Part shown: piece after piece, positions 1-7,560 of the stretch
Numbering within the stretch: the stretch's first letter is position 1
Layout: each line of letters begins with the position of its first letter
Source: an uncultured bacterium
GTDB lineage: Bacteria; Auribacterota; JACPWU01
Direction of reading: 5' to 3'
Assembly: GCA_964640155.1 (NCBI GenBank)
Contig: CAZXEQ010000001.1
Span: 141,256 to 173,255, forward strand
Length of the DNA stretch: 32,000 bases
Translations under genes and position numbers: made by a program
Notes under the pieces: generated by a model
What the model was told of the DNA's origin: nothing
What the model saw: only the letters and a program-made list of their open reading frames with translations
Database searches by the model: none

Positions 1-2990
1 TAGCGAGTATGAGTTATTTCATGCCTTAAACCTCCTTTAACGAACTCCAGATTGTCTAGTCCAAAAAAGAATGAAACATCTGCCTTTTCAATATCATCAG
101 TTTCTGAATAAATCAGATTCACATTTGGAAGAGTTCGTAACAAAACAACGGCTCTTCTAAAAAAATCAAGATCTGGATCAGGTTGGCGGCTATCGATTAA
201 AACATTCTTACGTAAAATGACATTGAATTTCTTATCCTGAAATCCTTCTTGATTCATTAAACTTTTAACAAAGGTGTATAATCCTCCAATATTTCCAAAT
301 CCTCCTCCTTTATTCCATAAATACACATTGATTACTTGAAAATCTTTTTCAGTTCCTGCTTTTACATTTTCTTGATTTGGAGTTTGAGATTTCAACTCAC
401 GAACCAACTCTTGAAATTTAGATCTTTCTTGTACGTAGGCGTATAAAAAATGAGAAAAATTATTATTTCCAAATACCGTCTCAACTATTTGAATCGCATG
501 TCGAGATCGATCTGTCCAGTCGCCAGATAAATGAGCCAGTAAACTTGAGAAAAGATAATATTGAACTTTCAAGACAGGGGAATTCGAATTTTTTTCATTA
601 AAAAAAATGAATAAATTTTGAGGCAGATCATACGCTGCACCTAAAAAATAATCATTTTCATGCCATACTTTAGCCTCACACTTTGTAAATTTTGCTTTGC
701 ATCGAATAGAATCACAAATATCTTCAATGGCCTCCGAAAATGCTTTTTGATCTGCATCACTTAACAAAGTCATTCTTTCCTTAAAAAGGAGATAAAATTG
801 TGAAGTCTCTTTATCCATATTTTTAACATTGTGATCTTCCAACGTTCTCCTTTGAATATCTTGGACAGCTAATTCGTTTCCATTTTGACCACAAAAAGCC
901 AATACATCAGTCGACTTAGCAGTTAAATTTAACTTTCCAAAAAAAACTTCAAACATAGCAATAAGTCCGGGATACTCAGATTGATAATTCTTTTGCAGAA
1001 AATCTACGGTTATTTCTGCTTGTGTCTGATCACTAGGATTAAGTTCAGCAAGCTTTCCACTGATTTCTTCAGGATAAAACTCTGCAATAATTTTAAGAAT
1101 ATTTGCAATTTGTTCTGAATTGAGTGTATCTAAAAAAGCTTTGTCTTTACCCTCTCTCATCAATTTATTTAAAAGTTCGTTAAACTTTTGCCTTCTTACT
1201 TCTGAAGATCCAAGCATTTCTTCCCACAACCTTCGTTCATGCTCATCAAAAGTACCTTTGGCCACACGCTCGAGCATTGCTCCAAAAGAAGGCAAAGCCA
1301 AAGTCCAATATCCGTCTTTCTGAACTCTAGAGGCCAAACGCTTTTCAGAAAATTCATTTTCATCAAATGAGATATTCTCATCCATCATTAATTTTTCATA
1401 AAGAACATCTGAACCTAGTTCTGTAACTTTGGGGGTCAAAGTAATATATGAAATTCCCTTTTCTTCTAAGAGCTTTTGTATACCTTCGGTGTGAAAACCT
1501 CCAGTAATTAAAACAGGGGTTTGGGGATGATGGATGGTGCCATCCACTGCCTTTAACGCATTTTCCGTCATTACTTTGTCTCGCTCTAGAGCGTATTGAT
1601 AAAAGTGCTGGGAAGATTGAATTAAATGATGAAGCGACTCTATGTTTGGGATTGCTTCGTCAGCCGTTGCAATCGGCTTCCTCGCAATGACATGCGCATT
1701 AGAGATCTTGTCATTGCGAACGACTGAAAGGAGTGAAGCAATCTCTGTAAGTTTTTTTTGAAATTTATCAAAATCCAACTTCTTTATTCTCTCCAAATCT
1801 TTTCTGGGCAATTTTAACTGAATGAAGTCATTTACGAGTTCCCATTCTTGTTTTAACTTCCATTCATCTTGTAAATTTTCTTTTTGAACCATCCTTTCAA
1901 TCATGTTTTTTAAATCGCTTAAACAAGTTTCGATTAACTTTTCCAAATCCATTTTTTCTTGTTTTTCAAGAAATGAGAAATATTCCTCAAGAAGTGGAAA
2001 ATCCTTTTCGAAGTTTTCCCCCATTTTTTCATAAACTAATTTCAAATACGCATGATAGCCTTCTATTTTTAAAGATCCCAAACGATACTCGAGTTGTTTT
2101 TTTATAAACTCCTTCATATCTTCTTGTACAAGACCCTTGCTAAGCTTTTCTAATAAAGATTTTTGCTCAAGTTCAATTTTTGTTTGAGAAAAGGCTTCTG
2201 CCTGTTCTTTCAACTCCAGCATACTTTTCATTGAGTCTGGCAAAGTTTGATGATTCTTTCTCAAAATTTCTTTTAATCGACTAATGGTTTCCGAAGTTAA
2301 CTTTCCTTCTTCTCTAAAAGATTTTTCAGATTGAATAAAAAACTGAAGATCCCTTGATGCTTTCTTTTGGATCGATCTTTGAATCCCATTCTCCCATTGT
2401 TCCAACTGAGGTTTTAATTCACGGTAAAGTGTTTTCACCTCTCTAAAGGCTTTAAGATTGCGAAGATAGAGCGAAGTTTCTTCGACTCCAAATAATTCAA
2501 ACTTTCCTGGCCATCCAACTCGAATCGCTTCATATTCAGCTCCTGTAAAATAACCTTCTTCTAAGAAATGTCGAGCAGTACGTTCTCGAACAGTATTTTC
2601 AGGGAAAGCCTGAATCAAACTCATTTGAAAAGGTCCTTCAGCTCCCTCAAGGAAAATATGACTTAACCCAAGTTTATTTTGAAGTTGTCGTAGTGTTTGA
2701 GCAATAGCAAGTTGAGCTTGAGATTGACAGTGAAGATCTTGAAGCAAAACAATAAATTTATTTTGATCCTGACCTCTAAAGGTTTTTTGAAGATGGGCTG
2801 AAGTGAGATTTAATTGAAGTAATTTTTCAAATGAGGAAACACCCAAATCTGAAGAGGGACTTTTAACTACTTTTTCTACTGCTAAAGCCGAAGAATCTTG
2901 AGGGAAAAGCCCCGTAAAGAAGAAAGCTACAATGAGGCAAATAGAAAGAATCCGGCGAAAGGTTTGGGAACCCTGATCATTCAAAAACAT
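1..2990 (-). CDS. Large membrane-anchored hypothetical protein, C-terminus beyond the left window edge; N-terminal half ChaN/TraB/Tiki-like by motif
   Basis: Absent from the ORF track because no stop lies inside the window. ATG 2990-2988 with AAGGGG about 11 nt upstream. I translated the frame by hand and re-checked it at 2399, 1799, 1439, 1199, 599 and 59: open throughout (996 codons). N-terminal FRRILSICLIVAFFFTGLF looks like a signal anchor. IVLLQDLH, HIFLEGAEGP and LITGGFHTEGI resemble the paired GxxH plus Glu motifs of the ChaN/erythromycin-esterase/TraB superfamily (recalled, not searched). Confidence 0.75.
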   Translation of the reverse strand, partial: MFLNDQGSQTFRRILSICLIVAFFFTGLFPQDSSALAVEKVVKSPSSDLGVSSFEKLLQLNLTSAHLQKTFRGQDQNKFIVLLQDLHCQSQAQLAIAQTLRQLQNKLGLSHIFLEGAEGPFQMSLIQAFPENTVRERTARHFLEEGYFTGAEYEAIRVGWPGKFELFGVEETSLYLRNLKAFREVKTLYRELKPQLEQWENGIQRSIQKKASRDLQFFIQSEKSFREEGKLTSETISRLKEILRKNHQTLPDSMKSMLELKEQAEAFSQTKIELEQKSLLEKLSKGLVQEDMKEFIKKQLEYRLGSLKIEGYHAYLKLVYEKMGENFEKDFPLLEEYFSFLEKQEKMDLEKLIETCLSDLKNMIERMVQKENLQDEWKLKQEWELVNDFIQLKLPRKDLERIKKLDFDKFQKKLTEIASLLSVVRNDKISNAHVIARKPIATADEAIPNIESLHHLIQSSQHFYQYALERDKVMTENALKAVDGTIHHPQTPVLITGGFHTEGIQKLLEEKGISYITLTPKVTELGSDVLYEKLMMDENISFDENEFSEKRLASRVQKDGYWTLALPSFGAMLERVAKGTFDEHERRLWEEMLGSSEVRRQKFNELLNKLMREGKDKAFLDTLNSEQIANILKIIAEFYPEEISGKLAELNPSDQTQAEITVDFLQKNYQSEYPGLIAMFEVFFGKLNLTAKSTDVLAFCGQNGNELAVQDIQRRTLEDHNVKNMDKETSQFYLLFKERMTLLSDADQKAFSEAIEDICDSIRCKAKFTKCEAKVWHENDYFLGAAYDLPQNLFIFFNEKNSNSPVLKVQYYLFSSLLAHLSGDWTDRSRHAIQIVETVFGNNNFSHFLYAYVQERSKFQELVRELKSQTPNQENVKAGTEKDFQVINVYLWNKGGGFGNIGGLYTFVKSLMNQEGFQDKKFNVILRKNVLIDSRQPDPDLDFFRRAVVLLRTLPNVNLIYSETDDIEKADVSFFFGLDNLEFVKGGLRHEITHTR

Positions 2991-3183
2991 GTGCAGTAAC
3001 CCCTTCTAGAACAACGAATTAGATCGCATCCTCTTAGGATACTGTCCCGCCCCACAACACAACGTTTTATTATACCATGAAAAAGCCCATTTGCATAATT
3101 TTTTGATCATATATAAAGACATAACTTATCGGGAATAAAGGAGATGTGAATTCCTCACATTCAAACTATCTTTTCATTTTTTA

Positions 3184-3213
3184 TTGACTCTTCATCTCAA
3201 AAAAAGAGATACT
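3184..3213 (+). promoter_or_regulatory. Candidate sigma70-type promoter for fabI-1
   Basis: TTGACT (3184-3189), 18-nt spacer, GATACT (3208-3213), 24 nt upstream of ATG 3237. GAGG Shine-Dalgarno at 3228-3231. Confidence 0.4.
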
Positions 3214-3236
3214 AGTCAAAATTTAATGAGGCAACC

Positions 3237-4004
3237 ATGCTTCTTGAAGGTAAAAACGCTTTAGTGTTTGGAGTGGCAAATAAACGCAGTATCGCTTGGG
3301 CCATTGCTCAAGCCCTTCATAATCATGGTGCTCGCTTAGCCTTGACTTATCAAGGTGAGCGTATTGAAGAAAATGTTCGCGAGCTTGCAAGTACACTTAA
3401 AGATCCTGTTGTACTCCCTTGTGATGTTTCAAAAGATGAAGAAATCGATACTGCCTTTCGTGATCTTTCAAAGTCCTTCTCTCATTTAGATATTTTAGTT
3501 CATTGCATTGCTTTTGCCCGAAAAGAAGAATTAGAGGGAGATTTTTTAAGTACCTCAAGAGATGGATTTCGTCTTGCACTTGATATTAGTGCCTATTCAT
3601 TACCTGCGATTGTCAAAAGGGCTCTTCCCTTATTGGAAAAAAGAGGAGGAAGCGTCATTGCCCTTACCTATCTAGGAGGTTATAAGGTTGTTCCAAATTA
3701 TAATGTCATGGGTGTTGCCAAAGCGGCTTTAGAAACTTCTATTCGATATCTCGCCTATGAATTGGGTGAAAAAAATATTCGAGTCAATGGAATTTCGGCA
3801 GGACCTGTTAACACTTTAGCCGCTCGAGGCATTGCAGGATTCAGTAAAATGCTCGATATTTATGAAAAACGAGCTCCCATGAAAAGAAATATCACAGCTT
3901 CAGAAGTAGGCGATGTGGGATTATTCTTAGCCAGTGATCTTTCTAAGTCTATGACGGGTGAACTACTATACGTGGATGCGGGATATCATATTACCGGCGT
4001 TTAA
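3237..4004 (+). CDS. fabI: Enoyl-[acyl-carrier-protein] reductase (NADH), FabI
   Basis: 255 aa. GVANKRSIAW dinucleotide-binding N-terminus. TYLGGYKVVPNYNVMGVAK carries the Tyr-x10-Tyr-x6-Lys spacing of E. coli FabI Y146/Y156/K163. ISAGP motif present. Confidence 0.9.
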   Translation: MLLEGKNALVFGVANKRSIAWAIAQALHNHGARLALTYQGERIEENVRELASTLKDPVVLPCDVSKDEEIDTAFRDLSKSFSHLDILVHCIAFARKEELEGDFLSTSRDGFRLALDISAYSLPAIVKRALPLLEKRGGSVIALTYLGGYKVVPNYNVMGVAKAALETSIRYLAYELGEKNIRVNGISAGPVNTLAARGIAGFSKMLDIYEKRAPMKRNITASEVGDVGLFLASDLSKSMTGELLYVDAGYHITGV

Positions 4005-4083
4005 ATAAAATATTAAAAATCAAATTGCAAATATCAAAAAAATAAACTCATTAATTTTGATTTTTAATATTTAATTTTTGATT
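4004..4083. repeat. Heptamer-array hairpin, AT flavour (element H)
   Basis: Left units aataaaa/tattaaa/aatcaaa/ttgcaaa/tatcaaa (CAAA at 4021/4028/4035). Right units tttgatt/tttaata/tttaatt/tttgatt (starts 4056/4063/4070/4077). 4008-4024 and 4056-4072 form a perfect 17-bp inverted repeat. Confidence 0.7.
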
Positions 4084-4098
4084 TATCCAGAGGGTTAT

Positions 4099-4863
4099 AT
4101 GCAACTTAAAGGTAAAAAAGGTGTGATTTTAGGCGTAGCCAATGCTAGAAGCATTGCGTGGGCCGTTGCTCAAAAGTTTCATGAAGAAGGAGCAAAATTT
4201 ACCATCACCTATCAAAATGATAGAATTGGAAGAGTTGTCAAAAACCTTGCCACCAAGCTTAATCACACACCCACCTTTGCTTGCGATGTCAATTCAGACG
4301 AACAAATTAATGCTCTATTCGAACATATCAAAAATGAATATGGTTCTATTGATTTTTTAGTCCATAGCATCGCTTATGCTCCCCCAAAAGATTTAAAGGG
4401 ACATTTCTACGAAGTTTCTAGAGAAGGTTTTCGAGAAACACTTGAAGTCAGCGCTTTTTCTCTAACAGCCCTGGCACAAAGAGCTGTTCCTCTCATGAAA
4501 AATGGGGGTAGTATCATCACCATGACTTCTATGGGTGGATGGAGAATTGTTCCTAATTATCATGTCATGGGAATAGCAAAATCAGCCTTAGAATCAAGTT
4601 TGCGTTATTTGGCAGCTGATCTTGGAACTAAAAATATTCGTGTGAATGGTATTTCTTCTGGACCCATTCGAACTGTTTCAGCCAAAGGCATTCGAAAATT
4701 TGCAAGCATGCTTAAAACACATAAAGAACGCTCCCCGTTACGTCGCACCTCCAAAGCCAGCGACACAGCACAAGCTGCTGTTTTTCTTTCCAGTGATCAA
4801 TCTACGAATATTACTGGCGAAGTTCTCTTCGTGGACTCTGGATATCATGTGATTGGAATATAG
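4099..4863 (+). CDS. fabI: FabI paralogue (enoyl-ACP reductase family), divergent active-site region
   Basis: ATG 4099 preceded by GAGGG (4090-4094); the track ORF starts at an upstream TTG at 4078. Roughly half the residues match FabI-1 by eye. PNYHVMGIAK keeps the Tyr/Lys pair, but the first Tyr position is Ser (MTSMGGWRIVPNY). Confidence 0.85.
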   Translation: MQLKGKKGVILGVANARSIAWAVAQKFHEEGAKFTITYQNDRIGRVVKNLATKLNHTPTFACDVNSDEQINALFEHIKNEYGSIDFLVHSIAYAPPKDLKGHFYEVSREGFRETLEVSAFSLTALAQRAVPLMKNGGSIITMTSMGGWRIVPNYHVMGIAKSALESSLRYLAADLGTKNIRVNGISSGPIRTVSAKGIRKFASMLKTHKERSPLRRTSKASDTAQAAVFLSSDQSTNITGEVLFVDSGYHVIGI

Positions 4864-4865
4864 TG

Positions 4866-4900
4866 CTCGTTCTGCGTAAAGCGTTTTGCGTCATGCGAAA
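4866..4900 (+). repeat. Heptamer half-array, GCGT flavour (element A)
   Basis: Five direct units ctcgttc/tgcgtaa/agcgttt/tgcgtca/tgcgaaa. CG at 4868/4875/4882/4889/4896 (exact period 7). Starts 3 nt after the fabI-2 stop. Confidence 0.75.
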
Positions 4901-4977
4901 AATCAGATTTTAAATCTCAAGAAATTTCAAGTAAATCGCCTCTCAATAAAAGCTGCATCGCTTTTAATCTTACAGAA

Positions 4978-7332
4978 CTAACATCCATCTCCATCACCCG
5001 GATAATGCCTGCTCGGAGTTGGTCCTGATCCTTGACCTTGGGGCTGATGATGTCCCTCAGGGCCTTGAGGTTGTTGAGGCTGACCATGAGGTAGCACCGG
5101 TTGATTATTCTGTTCGATTTGCTTATTTGCAGATTCCTTAGAAGCCTTTTGGCTCTCGGTATTCGGCACGGAAGGCCCACTCACAGACTCCCCCGTCGGA
5201 GACCACCACGAAGGCGGAGGTGGAGGAGTCTCAACCGGCTCTTCAGAATTTTGAGGCTGGGAAGGAGCACTTTGAGCGCTCGCCAAAGCCTTATTAGCAC
5301 ATGCCCTCGCTGCTCCAGCAGAGGACTCACATTGGGATTCAAAAAGTTCAATAGTATCTACTGTAGCACGCAGATCCTCAACTTTATCTTCTAGGGGCGC
5401 CATATCCACAGGGAAGGCAGGCAATGCGCCTGAAATGGAACTCGACAAGCCCGCCTGAAGTCGTGCTACAATCGCCGCTGCTTCTTGAATCAGAGCTTCT
5501 CCACCTTTCTCTGACTTGAGACTGCTTCCCAACATATTGGCTTGACCAATCAAAATTTGGGCCTCACTCTTGGACGCATAAAGATTTAGAATCCCAAGAG
5601 CTGCGCTTTTTGAACTTTCAACCTCAGCAACGAATTTTGGTATTTCTCCACCACTACCAGATATAGCGGAGACTTGAGCACTTGCTGCAGCAATAATTCC
5701 AGGCAAATCAGAAACTTGCGTTCTTAAACCCGCAATTTCAACTTCCAGATCCTGCGCTTGAGAGCGCAAACCTTGGATAGAAGCTAAAGAAGCTTTGGCT
5801 GATGCAGCCACAGATGCAGCAGCCGCCCCCTCTCCTTTTACCTCAGCCGCCGCCATTTCAGCCTTGTCTGCAGCTTGTACAGCTCTTTGGGCATCCTCTT
5901 GAGGGGTCGGAGAATTTTTAATATTTGCGGCAATGTCACAAGCCATATCCCTTGCCTGTCGGACATCTTCATAGGCGCTCGTTGCGACAGCCTCGCCCAA
6001 CAATACTGTGTTCAAAACCGATGGCACTAAATTTGAACCCTGGGAACCCAATTGACTCATCTGATTCATCTTTTGAGAAATCAGTTCAAATGTTGAAGCT
6101 GATTCATTCATCTTTACTTCTGCTTGTTGAGCTTCATTCAGTGCAGCCGTAATTTTTGCAATCACTCCCTGTGCTGCAGCCTCCGAAGCCTGTCCTTTAC
6201 TAATGAATGTTCGAGCCTGTTCAAGAGCTTTTTTAAATTCTTCATCTTCCTGACTCGTCTCTTTTGCTTCCTCCTTTTTCTCCTCGGCCTCTTCATCCTC
6301 CACATAAAATACAATGGTCACTGATTTGCGTTTCCCATCACTGTCCACACAAGTAAATTCCATGGAACGTGTCCCTGCAGTTGAGAATGTCACAGGAAAA
6401 GATACGTGATCGCCCATCGAAGGTCTTTTTTCAATTGTAATAGTCCGGTTATCCTCTGAATTAATAGAAGATGTAGATAATGTATACGGGGGTGCTCCTC
6501 CTACAAGAGAGAATTGAACATTTTTCATTTCGTTTTTCTTCAGATGTGTATCTCTATCTATTCTTTCCGCAGTCGCGAAGAAAAAAAACTCATGGTCGGG
6601 CTTGGCATCTTCATCTTCTGTCTCTTGGGGCTTGTCTTGTTCTTCTTTTTGAAATTCTTTATCCGTCATCTCATTAAGTTTTTTTAGTTTATTCCTAAGC
6701 TCATCCAATTGTTCATCATTTTTTCTGAATGCCTCCAGATTATCTTTTTGCTTTTGTTCCTGTTCTTGGACAACGCTATCATCGATTCCAAAACCTTTAG
6801 AGCCTTTCTTGGCCAGTTCATCCATTTCGCTCTTCCACTTACCATAAGCCCCATCTAGTTTTTGTTGATGTTCCTGTTTTAATTTTTTTGCTTCCGGCGT
6901 CGCATCCCAAGCTTGTCTCGTTTTTTCTCCCACTAACCACTTTCCCTTATCAATACACCAATCGGTAAAAGCCTTCGTTTGTGCATCATCCAGAGTTTGT
7001 TGCAAGTTATTATATTCTCTCGTTTTCGCATACATCTCTCGAGTGGTCTCTAACGCTCGAGTACTTGCTTTTGCCTCGTCTTTGAGACCACGGCGTTTTA
7101 TTTGAATCTGAATCTCTTTAGATTCTTTGAGCAATGCATTTCGATTTGCCTCCAACTTTTGAATTTCTGCCTCAGTCGTTTTGATCGCCTCTTGTCTTTT
7201 CGCAATGGCGTCTGCCAACTCCATTTTTTGGGGGACAGATTCAGCAATTCCAGTTGCCGAAATAGAAAAGAAACCAAAACATAACAAGATAATCTCTGCA
7301 AATCTTCTTGATCCATACATGAAATGCTTCAT
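4978..7332 (-). CDS. Secreted 784-aa multidomain protein: coiled-coil, Ig-like domain, Ala/Ser/Gln-rich helical region, Pro/Gln-rich tail
   Basis: Long uninterrupted ORF with AAAGGA Shine-Dalgarno 8 nt upstream of ATG 7332. N-terminal hydrophobic signal (AEIILLCFGFFSISATGIA). K/E-rich heptad-like segment. LVGGAPPYTLS resembles the GGxPPYT signature of dystroglycan-type/putative Ig domains. Tail contains PPPPPSWW and PQQPQGPEGHHQPQGQG and ends GDGDGC. Confidence 0.8.
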   Translation of the reverse strand: MKHFMYGSRRFAEIILLCFGFFSISATGIAESVPQKMELADAIAKRQEAIKTTEAEIQKLEANRNALLKESKEIQIQIKRRGLKDEAKASTRALETTREMYAKTREYNNLQQTLDDAQTKAFTDWCIDKGKWLVGEKTRQAWDATPEAKKLKQEHQQKLDGAYGKWKSEMDELAKKGSKGFGIDDSVVQEQEQKQKDNLEAFRKNDEQLDELRNKLKKLNEMTDKEFQKEEQDKPQETEDEDAKPDHEFFFFATAERIDRDTHLKKNEMKNVQFSLVGGAPPYTLSTSSINSEDNRTITIEKRPSMGDHVSFPVTFSTAGTRSMEFTCVDSDGKRKSVTIVFYVEDEEAEEKKEEAKETSQEDEEFKKALEQARTFISKGQASEAAAQGVIAKITAALNEAQQAEVKMNESASTFELISQKMNQMSQLGSQGSNLVPSVLNTVLLGEAVATSAYEDVRQARDMACDIAANIKNSPTPQEDAQRAVQAADKAEMAAAEVKGEGAAAASVAASAKASLASIQGLRSQAQDLEVEIAGLRTQVSDLPGIIAAASAQVSAISGSGGEIPKFVAEVESSKSAALGILNLYASKSEAQILIGQANMLGSSLKSEKGGEALIQEAAAIVARLQAGLSSSISGALPAFPVDMAPLEDKVEDLRATVDTIELFESQCESSAGAARACANKALASAQSAPSQPQNSEEPVETPPPPPSWWSPTGESVSGPSVPNTESQKASKESANKQIEQNNQPVLPHGQPQQPQGPEGHHQPQGQGSGPTPSRHYPGDGDGC

Positions 7333-7339
7333 TGGAGTA

Positions 7340-7356
7340 ATCCTTTCATAAAGGAT
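7340..7356 (-). promoter_or_regulatory. Hairpin pairing the Shine-Dalgarno of the 784-aa gene
   Basis: atccttt-cat-aaaggat: perfect 7-bp stem with a 3-nt loop. On the mRNA the AAAGGA Shine-Dalgarno is one arm of the stem. Confidence 0.3.
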
Positions 7357-7560
7357 GACATATCACTAAGTTTTTATGATGGAAGCTTGGGTGAATTTGA
7401 GAATGATCTGTATTAATAAAGAGGGTTAAAAGGACCACGGCCATCAGCAGACTTGAAAAGGATTTCAGCATGCTTTTGCCTTTTTTGGATAAGACTTCAA
7501 CAGAAGGTATTATACCACAATTTAGGAAAGCAGATTAAATAGTGAACATCGCAAAGCAGC

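Noticed and set aside
1120-1381. Two short ORFs (67 and 61 aa), the only track entries left of 3237
   Set aside because: Both lie in off-frames inside the ORF of at least 996 codons that the track omits because it has no stop in the window.
5101-5394. 97-aa Arg/Pro-rich plus-strand ORF
   Set aside because: It is antisense to the G+C-rich Pro/Gln tail of the 784-aa gene. The open frame is a by-product of that codon composition.
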